A stretch of DNA of 64,000 nt. Source: Centroscyllium fabricii. Taxonomy: Eukaryota. This document shows, in pieces, positions 12,560 through 25,552 of the stretch. A model generated the notes under the pieces. It was not told where the DNA came from and searched no databases. It worked only from the letters and a program-made list of their open reading frames with translations. How positions within the stretch are numbered: position 1 is the stretch's first letter; the number at the start of each line of letters is the position of its first letter. Made by a program: the position numbers and the translations under genes. Where the stretch lies: contig JBNRSN020000005.1 of NCBI GenBank assembly GCA_051313645.2, forward strand, positions 284,518,001 to 284,582,000, written 5' to 3'.

Positions 12560-13200
12560 ATTATTGTTCCTCTCTTCACTTTTCAAACAAGGGGGTGGCA
12601 CAAATGAAGGCATCATGGGAGCTTTTGAGCTTCCTGTGCTGGCGGTGCTACACCATGAGATACATTTATGAGGACGTGCTTGGGGCAAGGACCTTCGCCT
12701 GGAAAATCACTGCAGTTTTCAAATGAGAGTTGGCAGCAACCAAGGTTCCCTTCCAGCAGTGCTCACTTGCAAAATGAACCCAACCACATTCCACACTGAG
12801 ATAAAAATGCAGGTCCAAATGGCAATGTGGACATCGCAAGTGGCCCTCTGACCTCTGGGAAAGCTAGTAATAGTGTAGAATTGTGTTCTCTATTGAGTTG
12901 CTGTTGGTGGACAGTGGAAAAATAATGAAGTCACCTGCCTAATTTATTAATGCATTGGAAAATTCCTTGTTACATCACTGGGCAGCTAATCAACTGACAC
13001 TATCGATATCCCCGGTGTTAAAAGAAAATCCAATTCATAAAAGTTGAGGGTCACATCAACTTTGACTGCCATGATCAGTGCCATACAAATGTTACCTATT
13101 GAGTGGAGGTCTTGGTGAAAGCACAGATACAGCAATGTCTCTTTGCTGAACCTTAGCCTCCTTAGGTACATTTCTATTGTCATTTACAAATAGCTGTGTT
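12560..13200 (-). pseudogene. Highly decayed Harbinger transposase remnant
   Basis: YLRRLRFSKET...AVKVDVTLNFY and an SHDAFI-like segment. Boundaries approximate. Confidence 0.6.
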
Positions 13201-13339
13201 TGGCACAGGAAACTTGCTGTTTGGCAGATTGGCAGGACTTGGCATTATAAGTGTGCCACTTGGCATCATGCACAGCCACTTCCTGTTCCTGGTCCTACTC
13301 TGCCAAAGAATCCAATGCTAGCGGAAAACTGAATGCAGG

Positions 13340-14112
13340 TAAGAAAAATAGGGAGGTCACATGTTACTTGGAAAATAAGAATCTAAAGGGGTAGAGGAGT
13401 AAAGGGATCTTAGAGTACAAATACGCAAATCACTAAAAGTATCAACATAGTTTAACAAGGCCATAAAACAAGCAAACCAAGCACTAGGGTTTATTTCTAG
13501 AGGGATAGAATTGAAACGTAGTGAAGTTATGCTAACATTGTATCAAACCTTGGTTCGATCACACTTGGAGTACCATGTAAAATTCTGGTCTCCATATTAT
13601 AAAAAGGATATAGAGGCACTAGAGAGGGTGCAGAGAAGATTTACAAGAATGATCCCAGAAATGCCGGGTCAGGAAAGAATGAACAGGCTGGGTCTCTTCT
13701 CTTGAAAAGAGAAGGCTGAGGGGTGACCTAATAGACGTCTTTAAAATCTTGAAAGGTTTTGATAGAGTAGATACAGAGAGAGTGTTTCCACTTGTGGGGA
13801 AGAGCAAAACTAGAGGCCATCAATGTAGGATAGTCACCAAGAAATCAAATAGAGAATGCAGAAGAAACATCTTTACCCAGAAAGTGGTGAGAATGTGGAA
13901 CTCGCTACCACAGGGAGTGGTTGACGCGAATAGTGTAGAAGATCTTTAAGTGGAGGCTAGACAAGCCTATGAGGGAGAAGGGAATCGAGGGTTACGCTGA
14001 TAGATTGAGATGAGGAAAGACGGGAGGAGGCGCGAGTGGAGCATAAACGCCGGCATGGACTGGTTGGGCCGAATGGCCTGTTTCTTTGCCATTCTTCCTG
14101 TGTAATTCTATG
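13340..14112 (+). mobile_element. CR1 LINE 3' fragment
   Basis: LYQTLVRSHLEY...LERVQRRFTRMIP and KVVRMWNSLP, with the 3' UTR motif gggccgaatggcct. Confidence 0.88.
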
Positions 14113-14976
14113 TCACTGTAAAATCCTTGAAAGTGAGAAAGAACATGGAACCTACTCTCCGTTAAATGTAAACTCTAGCTTTGTCTCTGCAGCTTCGCCC
14201 TTCACACCTCTTTGATATGAGTAACATAAATGCATTTTACCAGTAATTCATTACTACAGCAATATGAGAAAATTCTCTCAAGTACCCAATGTGGTCACTT
14301 AATTGTTGTATCACATACTTTGAGTATATTTGTGCCAGCTCAGCATTATCCATCTCCAGCAATATTGTTCAGTATAGGAACACTATGCCCTACTCCCAGC
14401 ATTGCTTTAAGCCGACAACTTCTAGGCTCATGAGAGCATTTGAAGATACTCCTGCATTAAAAGCTTGGGCTGGATTTTAATGTGCAGGACTGTGTGGGTT
14501 TGGGACTGGGCGATGGGTTAAAACCAGCGAAATTGAAAGTGCACCGGGAAGCTGGATCAAACCGCCAACCTCCGCATTCCACTGCAGTGCATTAGGCTGC
14601 GTGCGAACAACCCCCTCGGGAGAGGTGGGCTGCCAGTAAATATATGTTAATCACTTAATTAGAGTGATATTGACATGTGTTTTTAAAATTTAACTTTGGA
14701 TCCACAGATTTCCCGGGCTTCCTGGAACTCGGCAGTGAAAACAAGGTGAGAACACAGCGGCAATTGAGGAGGCCGAATCCATGTCAGGGAAATATGCCAA
14801 TAAGTGCTCAGTACTGACAGCTGCTTTCTTACCTGCCTGTGGGAAAGGGTTTGGTCACAGTACTTGTACTGAGAGGTTACTTTACACAATTTTGAGGCTC
14901 TTTCAACATTTTGGAAGTTTCTTCAGCATTTGGGATGTTTCATCTATACTGCAGAGGTCTGATTTATCAGGCCAGC

Positions 14977-16163
14977 ATGAGTGCCGCTTATGCTGCCTTA
15001 GATTGGACGTCAGATGAGGACCAAGATGACCATCACCAGCAGCAGTAACAGCACCGGCAACAGCAGCCTATTGGTCGCAGGCCTGTAGCTCCACAGGAGA
15101 GAGGGGAGCAGCAGAGAGGTGCAGCTCGCTAGAGGCTATACCCGGCACACAGAGTCTACAGGCAGAGGATAAGCTTCCTCAACATGTCTGAAAACCAGTG
15201 ACTCAGGAAGCTCAGGGTGTCGCGTCAGGTGGGGGCAGACATGTGCAGCCCGGTGGAACAAGACGTGCTGCCAGCTGGATCTGGTGGTCATGCTTTACCA
15301 GTGGCTATCAAAGTCACCATCGCCCCAACTGTTTTGCCTCTAAATCCTTCCAGGGCTCTGCCGGAGACATTCGCAGGATCTCGCAGTCGGCGGCACACAA
15401 ATGCATAAGACAGGTGACTGATGGCTTGTTTGCCAGGGTTGACAATTATGCCAGTTTTGCCCATGATAGCACCGGTCATAATGAGTGGGCACTTTGATTT
15501 GCAGCTCTAGCTGGCTTCCCACAGGTGCAGGGTATCATAGACTGCACACATGCATCCATAATTAAATCACCCATAAATCACCCAGGAATGTTCATCAGTC
15601 ATAAGGGCTTCGATTCCATCAATGTGCAGTTGGTGTGCAACCACAAAAAATTCTTTATGCAGGTGTGCACAGGTTTTCTGGACAGCTGCTATGATGCTTT
15701 CATCCTGCGGCAGTCCACCCTCCCAGATGCTTTTACACCTGAAAGCAAAGTTACCGGCTGGCCGCTCGGAAACAAGGGATACCCACTTAAAACATGGCTG
15801 ATGACGCCTCTCAGAAACCTGAGGAATGAGGCCCAGGAAATCAACAATGAATGCCATATGACAACGAGATGTGTCATCGAACAAGCCATCAGCATGCTGA
15901 AGGTGCGCTTCAGGTGCTTGGACAGATCTGGAGGCGCCCTTCACTGCACACCAGCCAGAGTCTCCAGAATAGTCGTGGCATGCTGCGCTCTGCACAACAT
16001 TGCCCAGCAGAGGAGTTTGGACCTGCAGGAGGACTAAAGCACAGACCACAGCGCCTCTTTGGAGGATTCGGAGGAGGAGGAAGATGAGGAGGCGGAAGAT
16101 GATGAAGGCAATGCACCACCAGCAGTGCACATGAGTGTCCTGATTATTGTGAGATTCACTTAG
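14977..16163 (+). pseudogene. Harbinger DDE transposase of element A (stops and frameshifts)
   Basis: [55 protein letters not shown] and ACCALHN motifs, with an acidic tail. Confidence 0.92.
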
Positions 16164-16249
16164 GTTCCAACAGTGCACCCATCTCATAACCTTGTGTAAA
16201 GGCCACATTTTCTGCCCCCACCTCATCCCACCAATGCCACTAACACAAA

Positions 16250-17936
16250 GGGCTCGATTTTGCCAGGCCCGAGGAGGTGAGATTGGAGGCATGTGAGTTG
16301 TTAAAATCGCAAAACAATTGTGTTATGAGATGGGTGCACTGTTGGAACCTAAGTGAATCTCACAATAATCAGGGCACTCATGTGCACTGCTGGTGGTGCA
16401 TTGCCTTCATCATCTTCCGCCTCCAAATCCTCCAAAGAGGCGCTGTGGTCTGTGCTTTAGTCCTCCTGCAGGTCCAAACTCCTCTGCTGGGCAATGTTGT
16501 GCCGAGCGCAGCATGCCACGACTATTCTAAGAGGCGGGATAGGCCCTTAAGGCCCTTAACAACCACGTAATTGCCTCTAAATCCCATTTTGAGAGGCCTT
16601 TCCGATTTTAACCCTTTTCCCACTTGGCAGCCTCACAAGTGGATTGCTTACTAACAACTGCAGCTCCACCAATTTAAAGGAGTTTTCACCAATCATCATT
16701 TGCAGGTGGCAGAACTTTGTTGTCTCATGTCTGGGGGAACTTTTAGCAGGCACACTCATTGTTCTGGAAGTTTGGAGCCTGACACCCATCTCCAGTGTGA
16801 CCTCCTGGGAACCCCCTCTCCCCACTTTGACTGAACGCTTCCTCAACTGAGGTATTTACCAGAAGAATGGGAACTATTTATTTCCTTTCCTCCTGGACAT
16901 CAGATTTGGATGAAGACCAGCTACGACAGCAGCAGAACCATGAACAACAGCAGCACCAACTGCAGGAGCAACAGCAGGAGCTCCAAGCTGCTGTTCATCC
17001 ACCTGAAGCTGCACAGGCCAGAAGGTGCCAGTGCATGGAAGCACGTCGGCGCAGGAGATATCCTCCAAACAGGGTCTACAGACAGAGGATCAGCTACCTC
17101 AACATGTCTGAGCAGCAGTGCCAAAGGAGGCTCAGACTTTCGTGAGAGGTAGTGGGTGACATCTGCGCAATGCTGCAACAAGACCTGGAGCCCAGAGGAG
17201 CAGGGGGGCACCCCTTACCAGTGGCCGTCAAAGTCACCACTGCACTCAACATTTTTGCTTCAGGCTAATTCCAGGGATCAGCAGCAGACATCAGCGGCAT
17301 CTCTCAGGCGGCCGCACACACTGCATCATGCAGGTAATCAATGCCTTTTTTGCCATCGCGCACAATCACATCAATTTCTCCAAGGATCAAGCCAGTGTGC
17401 ACGTGCAGTTGGGTTTGACAAACTTGCAGGCTTTCCAAGGGTGCAGGGCATCGTTGACTGCACACATGTGACCCTAAAGGCACCCCATCACAATCCAGGT
17501 ATGTTTGTCAACCGCAAGGGATTCCACTCCCTCAACATAGCTGGTGTGTGACCACAAGAAGGAAATGTTGCATGTTTGTGCCAAGTACCCTGGCAGTTGC
17601 CATGACTCCTTCATCATGCGCCAGTCTAGTGTGCCTCCGTTCTTCAGTCCGCCAGACCAACTTTGTGGATGGTTACTTGGAGTCAAGGGCTATCCCCTGA
17701 AGACTTGGCTAATGACGCCATTGAGGAGCCCTTCCAACAAAGCAGCACTGATGACATCATCGGAGGCGACTTTCAGGATGGAAAGACTAATTGGGCCAGG
17801 GGTTCCCACACACTGGAAATCAATTGCCCAATTAGGGGAAAATTACTCTTTTTCCCCACATCACACTGGAGTCGGGTTCAGGACTCTAAAAACACCTGAC
17901 ACATCCCAGCCCGCCCACACTGGCAAAATCGAGCCC
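16250..17936 (+). mobile_element. Internally deleted Harbinger element B nested in A; transposase pseudogene at about 16867-17745
   Basis: Perfect 17-bp TIRs gggctcgattttgccag / ctggcaaaatcgagccc. Peptides [32 protein letters not shown] and [12 protein letters not shown]. Confidence 0.88.
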
Positions 17937-18050
17937 AATGTCTGCAAACAAAGAAGCATCTTTTCACATCCCTGCCTTGGTTGCCATCAATTCAGCTCTT
18001 CCCATTCATCATTAAACAACTGAAAAGGCCACTTGTCAACCAGCAACCAG

Positions 18051-18896
18051 GGGCTGGATTTTCTCAGCCCTGAGGAGGCGGGAATGGAGGCGGGACTGTC
18101 GGTAAAGTTGCAGAAAGTGGGGGCAGATGGCAAACCCACCCCCATCCCGCCTCCGTGCCCTTTTGCTAGGAGGTTGGAAGATGTGCTGCTTCGGGTCCCG
18201 TCTCCTGGGGGCGGGAAAGGGATTAAATCCTTTTAACTGTCTGTTAACAGGTAGTTAACAGGCAGAAAAAAGGATTAGTGCCATTTAACATTCACAGGTG
18301 AAGGTGTCCCAACCTCAGAGAACCCCGTCGGGTTGGAGGAGACTTGAAGGAGGTCTGCAGGGGTCGGAGGGACCTGAAAGTAAGATGTAGAGGTGAGTAA
18401 TGGGTGCCAGTGTGGAGTGGTAAGTATGGAAGGTGAGTGTGAAGTGTTAAAAAATGTTCAGTTACCTTGTTTCCTAGCTACAGCCTTTATCCGCTCTGGA
18501 TCGGGAGACCCGATATCTTCCTTGTCAATTTCACAGACTGGCTGTTGGAGCCTCTGACCCAACAGCCATCTGAAATCTACAAAGTTGAAAGGTTTGAGGA
18601 GTCCTGAACACAAGAACTCATCGACCTGCAGAGAATGTCAGTGTCTGACAGCTTCACAGAGCTGTCAAACACTGACATTTCTTCTTTCAAGAAGTCTTGA
18701 CAGATAACACGTCAGACGTTGATGTGCTCTGTCAGTGTCCTCCCCCCTAATTGGCCTGCTGAGCCCGTAGAGCAGGCTTAACAAGGTCAATCAGGGGAAA
18801 ATCTCTCTAGTTGGTTAGAAGATGATGGAGGCGGGACATTGACACGACAAGCAGCAGTTCCGCCTCCAACTCGTCTCCATTGAGACAATACAGCCC
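18051..18896. mobile_element. Harbinger-type MITE C nested in A
   Basis: TIRs gggctggattttctca / tgagacaatacagccc (14/16), flanks cag and caa. Confidence 0.7.
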
Positions 18897-19029
18897 CAAG
18901 AGTGGGCAACAAAGGAACGTGGTGCTGAAGAATATTTTTTAGTGTATCAACTTAACAAACAAGACTTAACAGTACAAAATGTATAACACGCCCATGTGCA
19001 TACCCTTTGCAACTGCAAATCTTTACTCT

Positions 19030-21369
19030 TCATTTTCCTATTGCTTCTACATGCTGCAACTCCTGTGGCTTTATCAGAGGTTGAGGCAGGCTGCTCACAT
19101 CTCTGCTCTGACTGTTGAGTTGCTCTTGGCCAATGTCCTCTGCATTTTGGAGCCTGTGAGGGCACAGCCAAAGACTGCTCCACCTACACCTGTGCAGGGG
19201 CAGACTCGGCCATCGGGACAAGAGGAAGCATGTTGGGAATTGACTGTGTGGGGGGTCCCCACTTCCATGTCCCATTTCGCCATCATCCCTTTCATGGCCC
19301 AGCTGCAATTCCATGCTACCACTGTGCTGGAGAACATTTTCCTGCAGATCAGTGGGGCGCTGAAAGGCTAAGGCTAGGGTATTGTTCATCCTATTTAAGG
19401 TGGCATCCCTTATTGTAAACCCTTGTTGAAGGCCTGCATGAACTCATTTGATTACCGCGATTTATGCTCCATGCAGTTTGCCACTCTATCCATTGATGAA
19501 GACATAATTGCAACGGTGTGCGACAGTATCCCCCTCATGCTTGAGATGGACTCCTCCAATCTCTTTGCAATCATGCACAGTGTGCTTGGAACACCTGTCA
19601 GTACATCGCACAATCTCTCCTGCTGCTCAATAAATATCCTCTTCATCGACGGCCCCTGGGATACAGCATCTACGCCCAGCTGAGCAGAGCTTGGAGAGGG
19701 CTGCGGCCTTCGACGAGAACTCACCACAACTGTCCCTGATTGCACCATAAGCTCTTGCTCACTTGTGAAGTGCGAGTCACCATGTGAAAACCCAACTATC
19801 GCTCTAACTAGTCCTACTGAAATACGAGTATCTGAGCTGGTGCATGGTCTGCATAAGTGCTGTGACGGTGCATCCTCAGAGGAATTGAGCGCCTCTGAGG
19901 AGTTGGCAGCAGCAGGGACCTCAAACACCTCCTGTGGGATGCATGAAGGCCCTGTGAGAGATAAAAGACCTGATTGAGTACTGTACTGTCAAGGTAAGAA
20001 TGCTTGAAGTTATCATTATGCACATGATCATATTTCACTTGCTGATGCCATCAAGTCAATATGACTGAATGTTGTATGCCATGTGGCTGGCTGATATTTA
20101 ATTGTGTCACCAGGTTGCTGGGAGGCACCCCTCTCCCCATCTCTGCTGGCCAGATTCACCAAGATGCCGCTGATCTTCAGTGCCTCCTCCTCTGCAGCTG
20201 TTAGTTGCAAGATGGCTCGAGGGCCACCTCTGGTTCATTTCCTCTCCCTGGTGTTCTGTGCTCTCTTCTCCTGTAAGGAGGGAAAGAAGAGATCTATGAG
20301 TGACTGTAATGGCATGTGTTCACCTGATAGATGGAGAGCATTTATTGCGGCTGACTATGAGGGAGAGATATGACATTGTGTAAGGATGAGGGTGAGTGTC
20401 AGTGGTGGATGGAAAGATAGGAATGTGAAGAAGTGCATAGACAGAGAGGAATGGGTGCACCTGCAAGGTAAGTTGGTGTGAGGCGTGATGTGATGGAGTA
20501 GGCTTGAGAAGGCAGAGTGAGGGGGCTGGGGTGATACACACATCAGGATGTAGGGCAATGTGCCATTGCTCTCACTTTTCCTGCCCTGCTTAGGCCATTG
20601 AAACGCTTCCTGCATTGGATCCACGAGCGTGGCACCGCACTCCTGCTGCTGATCTCTTGTGCCACCTCTAACCACACAGCGCCTGTACTTCCTAAGGAAG
20701 CTGAAGAAAGCCAGGCTGTCATCCGGCATCCTCTCCAACTTCTACCGCAGCACAATAGAAAGCATACTGACAAGCTGCATCACTGTCTGGTATGGTAATT
20801 GCACTATCTCGGACCGGAAAACCCTGCAGCGGGTAGTCAAAACTGCCCAACGAATTACCGGTACACAGCTACCGTCAATGGAAAGCATCTACCTCAAACG
20901 CTGCTTACAGAGGTCTATGAACATTATTAAAGACCCCACACACCCCAGCCACAGTCTGTTCACCCCCCTGCCCTCCGGGAGACGCTACAGAGCAATTTGC
21001 ACCCGCACGACTAGATTTCAGAACAGCTTCTTCCCCAGGGCTGTCAGCCTCCTGAACTCTAAAAAGAAACTCCGGTACCTGCACGCCTGATAATGTACTC
21101 TACTGTATGCATTTTGCATGTCATTTATTTATTTTATTTGCACTACTCTCGGGAGAGTCGAGTCTTCGTCTCATTGTATTGTACTAGTACTCTGCAATGA
21201 CAATAAAACTTGAATTGGAATTGGAATTGGACCTTCTTATTTCCCCAGCTGGCTTCTTTCTCCCGTTGCTAGGGAGCAGTATCTTGCTCAGGGTCCTCAC
21301 AGTCCCCATCAGCTCTTCCAGGGAGGCATTGGTGAGGTGGAACGCAGCCTTTGACTGTATACCTTCCAT
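19030..21369 (-). pseudogene. Myb/SANT-like (trihelix) DNA-binding partner gene of Harbinger A, three exons, interrupted by a LINE
   Basis: Exon 1 (21369-21232 plus about 20674-20576) encodes ASLEELM...VWLEVAQEISSRSAVPRSWIQCRKRFNGL. Exon 2 is 20270-20111 (EKRAQN...LTAAEEEAL) and exon 3 starts at 19951. GT-AG boundaries are present. Confidence 0.8.
20675..21231 (+). mobile_element. Rex1/Babar-like LINE 3' fragment
   Basis: QRLYFLRKLKK...FYRSTIESILTSCITVWYG...DPTHPSHSLFTPLPSGRRYR...NSFFPRAV, then AATAAA and an aattgg repeat tail. Confidence 0.82.
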
Positions 21370-21700
21370 AGCAACACTTCTTTCTCGTTCCTTCCCAACT
21401 CCAACTGCTTCAACTTGCATGTTTGGAGTGTTCATTTAAATACTGACATCGAGATCGCATTATGTGGGTCGTCATCATGCCCGCTGACCATAATTGGACG
21501 GGCAACCCAGAAATCAGATGTTAATGAAGTGGTTGCATTAAAAAGCCACTGACAGTCGCACTTCACATATTTCCAGTTTCCCCCGCGCTTTCGGGCCTCC
21601 CTGCTCCCAGTGCATCTACACATTACAATACAGCACCTTGTTTCTCTTCAGTTACCTAGGTGTTCAGGTAATGTAACAAAGAAACAGTAAAAGCTTAGTA

Positions 21701-22498
21701 CAGGTTGAAGTTCGTTAATCCGGCAGGGTCAGGACCAGCACCCTGCCGGATTGTTGAAAACGGCGAATGATTGAAGCGTCGGCGGCGCATGCGCAGAACA
21801 TTCAAAATGGCCGCCGCAAAATTTTGAATGCACTGCGCATGCGCCGCCGGTACCTAGAAGGTAATTTTCAGCCCTAGGGGCGGGTGGAACTCACAGGACG
21901 CACTCGATTCTGCTGCCCATGGTGGAACAGGTAGCGGGCTGCATGGCTCCAGCGGGCCTGAGGCCCAATGCGCGGCTCAACGGGAGTGGGGTCCGGTCTG
22001 AGCCCAGGGTTATCAGTCTTCAGACCAGGTCTCAGCCTGGGGGGTGGGGTCCGGTCCGATCCCGGGAGTCTCCGTCTTCAGACCAGGTCTCAGCCTGGGG
22101 TGTGGGGTCCGGTCCGAGCCCGGGAGTCTCCGTCTTCAGACCAGGTCTCAGCCTGGGGGGTGGGATCCGGTCCGAGCCCGGGAGTCTCCGTCTTCAGAAA
22201 AGGTCTCAGCCTGGGGGGTGGGCTCCGGTCCGAGCCCGGGAGTCTCCGTCTTCAGACCAGGTCCGGGGATATCCAGCCCGATCTCAGCCCGGTTGGGGGG
22301 GGCGGGGGGCGGGTGGCGAGGTGCGTTCCCAGCCCATCTCAGCCCTCCACAGCCCAGGGGTACCTTTGAGGAGCACAGCCCAGCCCCGACGGTGGCCATT
22401 TTGAATTGTCTGCGCATGCGCCGGGCAGTCGGGAAAATCTGTGCCGAGCGACTGAAGCTGCCGGTTTTTCGGGTGCCGAATTAACGAACTTCAACCTG
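21701..22498. mobile_element. Tc1/mariner (pogo/Tigger-like) MITE with an internal minisatellite
   Basis: 25-bp TIRs caggttgaagttcgttaatccggca / tgccgaattaacgaacttcaacctg (one mismatch) and TA TSD on both sides. Confidence 0.88.
21985..22265. repeat. About 59-bp GC-rich minisatellite, roughly 4.5-5 copies
   Basis: Unit ggtccggtccgagcccgggagtctccgtcttcagaccaggtctcagcctggggggtgg. Confidence 0.9.
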
Positions 22499-24124
22499 TA
22501 CATGTATGTCACAGTGAAGATGGTAGCAGTTTTGTTTGTGAGCATACATGTAATTTGGCCACTAATGTGCAGACTATTCAGAAAACTCAGGGAGGTAATT
22601 TTAATTGAGAGAAAAAAAATGTCAGCTATTCTTTCAAAGTGAACCAGCACATAGGTAATATGCCAGTGTTGTCTTAACTAGTTCACTCTGCATATATAAA
22701 GGGAGCACAGCTGTGATGCTAAAGGCATGGTTCCCAATCTAAATACCAAGCTAAAGGAATTTGATTTAGAAGTAGCTGGTTTTTCAGTGATCAATATAGA
22801 TGAGTAGGTGATTCCTAAATTAAACTAATCTTGAAGGTCAGGTGGTGCCAACAGATTGGTGCTCACATAGCCTATTGATTATTGCAACAATTCTTCAGCT
22901 TTTCAGACACATTACAACCTGATAAAATGACACCGTGCGCTGGTTACATGTGGATTCAAGTCTTGCATAATAACGTGTTATTATCAGGCTCAAAGAAACC
23001 CAGCTTGTTCCGGCTGCAGTTTTTGGCCAGTACATTTATCAGTCGCCTGGCTAATAGATTGAAGATCAAAAATACACTGCAGTGCTTGTTTTATTTTATC
23101 GTAACATTGCCAACTGTTTTCTGTAAAACACCATCTGAACACTTGGATCAAGTAGAGGTTCAGGGCTGAACCATGCCAATACTGGTTAGCTCGATGATAA
23201 GTCACCGATCCGTCATTTACGTGTAATTGATTTAACTGATACTATGGTTATAATGTACTTTCCACCAATTGGATATCTCCATAGACTGTGCAAAACATAT
23301 AAAGATGATAAATGCCAGTGTGTGACATCACGTTAAAAGACAAACACATGTCTGGCATCCTGTTTAGTTCAGAACAATCTATTTTCAAGGGAGCCATAGT
23401 GATTCCCAAGTCTGAACAAATCATGAGCAATGTGAAATACATTTATTTAATAATACTTTAAGGTAGGATAAATTTTGAACAATTATTTTAGACTGCAGTA
23501 AACTATAGGTTATTAATATGGTGCCGCCTATTTAACCAATCATATGAATCAGTATTGAAGTCCAAAATTCTAAAAATGGTAAAGTTCCAGTTGACATTAT
23601 CAGGTAGGACATCACAGCATGGATTCTCCTCTTCAGGATGGTACTTCTGCCCAATCCTCTGTGTTCGTTCTCAACACCAACTCATTTTCCTTGGTCGGGG
23701 CTAATCACAAATGCAAGACAAGCTTCCTGAAGGATTCCTGCCTTCAAGAGGGAGCCCACCAGTAGGGTGTGAGCGGGGTGGGGTGGGGGGGGGGTGGGGT
23801 GGGTGGCGGGGGCGAGGGCGAGGAGAAGATTCTCAGCGGTGTTGCAGGAATGCCACTGCAACACCAGAAGTTCTGACAAGGGACCTTATAAAGGCAGAAG
23901 TGCCCGAAGATTGGAACGCAAACTCCCACTGAAGGCCTTGACTGATACCGAGGCCTTCATCAACCTCTGGGATGGTATGGAGGGAGATCCTCTTTCTCCA
24001 CTTTAATAGCCTCAGAGCACCACATCTCTTACTTCAGTTCTCCCATGCCATTGAGAAAACAAGCATTAACTGCTGACCTTACCATTTTTACTCTATCTTA
24101 GTGCAGACAGCTAATCCGTTCTTG

Positions 24125-24409
24125 CGTATTGGTTGAGGAATATATATTGGCCAGGACACTGGGAAGAACTCCTCTGTTCTCCTTAGAAATAGTGTCATAG
24201 GATCTTTTACATCCACCTGAGAGAACAGACGGGGCCTCGGTTTAACATTTCATCCCAAAGACGGCACCTCCGATAGTGCAGCACTCCCTCAGTACTGCAC
24301 CGGAGTGTCAGCCTAGATTTTGTGCTCAAGTCTCTGGAGTGGGACTTGAACCCACAAACTTTCTGAGACAAAGAGCGAGCATGCTACCTCCTGAGCCACA
24401 GCTGACACC
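24125..24409 (-). mobile_element. Deu-domain SINE (SacSINE1/AmnSINE1-like)
   Basis: Minus strand shows a tRNA head (gggttcaagtccc) followed by gcagtactgagggagtgctgcactatcggaggtgccgtcttt...taaaccgaggcccc...aaaagatcc. Confidence 0.75.
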
Positions 24410-25003
24410 AATGTAGTCACTTGTGCACCAACCAAAAAATGGAATGATAGAAAAGCCTATCATTCCATAAATGTGGAAATGGTTTGAGCCCTATGCTGAA
24501 AACAACAGGATGCTGTCATTCTGAATTGTGTCACAGCTCTTTAAAAGAGAAAGAAATGGTCAGCCAGCTCTTTGCAAATATCTGCAACTATGCCTCCAGA
24601 CCGCTCTGCATAACATCTATATTCCAGCAGAGAATGGGTACAACAGGACACACGCAAAACTAGGGCCCTTGCTCAGCAGGTGCTTATGGTGGTAGAGCAG
24701 CATTTTTGATATTTAGAATGTTCGTGGTGGGGTGGGGGGAGGGTGATTTCGTACTGTAGAGAAGCTCTGCTGAACTATAATAATGCACTTTTTTTTGCCA
24801 CAGACAAAGGCCTGACCACATACTTAGATGAGGAGCTACTGCAAGGCTTGTAAGTGGAAAGGATAATGATGTACAGTATCCAGCAGCAGCAAGCCAGTTA
24901 CTGCAGATAGAAAGAGAGATATGTGAGGGTCTCATTGTCCACGTTTTGTGGTAAGGTTTGTACTTGGCCACTATTACCTTCTATCGGGCATATATACAAT
25001 CAC

Positions 25004-25121
25004 GATGTGGAGGTGCCGGTGTTGGACTGGGGTGGACAAATGTAAGAAGTCACACAACACCAGGTTAAAGTCCAACAGTTTACTGTTGAACTATAACCTG
25101 GTGTTGTGTGACTTCTTACAT
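25004..25121. mobile_element. Miniature Penelope-derived palindromic insertion
   Basis: 40-bp arms at 25040-25079 and 25082-25121 (2 mismatches) match 12205-12243. Flanked by the 15-bp direct repeat catatatacaatcac. Confidence 0.8.
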
Positions 25122-25552
25122 ATATACAATCACACTTGCTATTTTGTTTCTTCTTCCAGAGCCCACACATATTCTGGTACTTTTGGACAACTAACATTTA
25201 ATTTCTCCACAACAGTAGTATGACACTCTGCAAGATATAAAAAGTGAACAAATGTTTGAAAGTGCTCCATTGCATGTGGTGTATGTGTTTAATATGCTTT
25301 GCAGTTGCATTTGTCCTTTGTGTGTCATTAAGTTTTGTTGGTTGTGGATGTGCCCAGTACTAAGTCCCCACCCTACTTGAGAGAGTAACAGTGGTGAATA
25401 GTTCTATAGCCAACTGACAAATTGCATAGCGATATAGAAAACCTATCGCTGCAATCTGCAACTGACCCTGATATACAAGCATCTGAGCTAGATTGTCTTT
25501 GCTGCAGTTGTTGTAGGCTTGTTGCTTTCAGTACCTTTGTCACCTGTGCAGT

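Larger units (their letters stand above)
14467..21636. mobile_element. Full-length decayed PIF/Harbinger transposon (element A) with convergent transposase and Myb/SANT genes
   Basis: TIRs gggctggattttaatgtg / cacattacaatacagcac (15/18), exact 3-bp TSD CTT (14464-14466, 21637-21639), and both expected genes present. Confidence 0.85.

Noticed and set aside
14977-16163. Domesticated HARBI1 host gene
   Set aside because: Multiple stops and frameshifts, and it lies within TIRs and a TSD of a transposon.
21985-22265. CRISPR-like array
   Set aside because: Units are contiguous with no unique spacers, lie within a MITE in eukaryotic DNA, and have no cas genes nearby.
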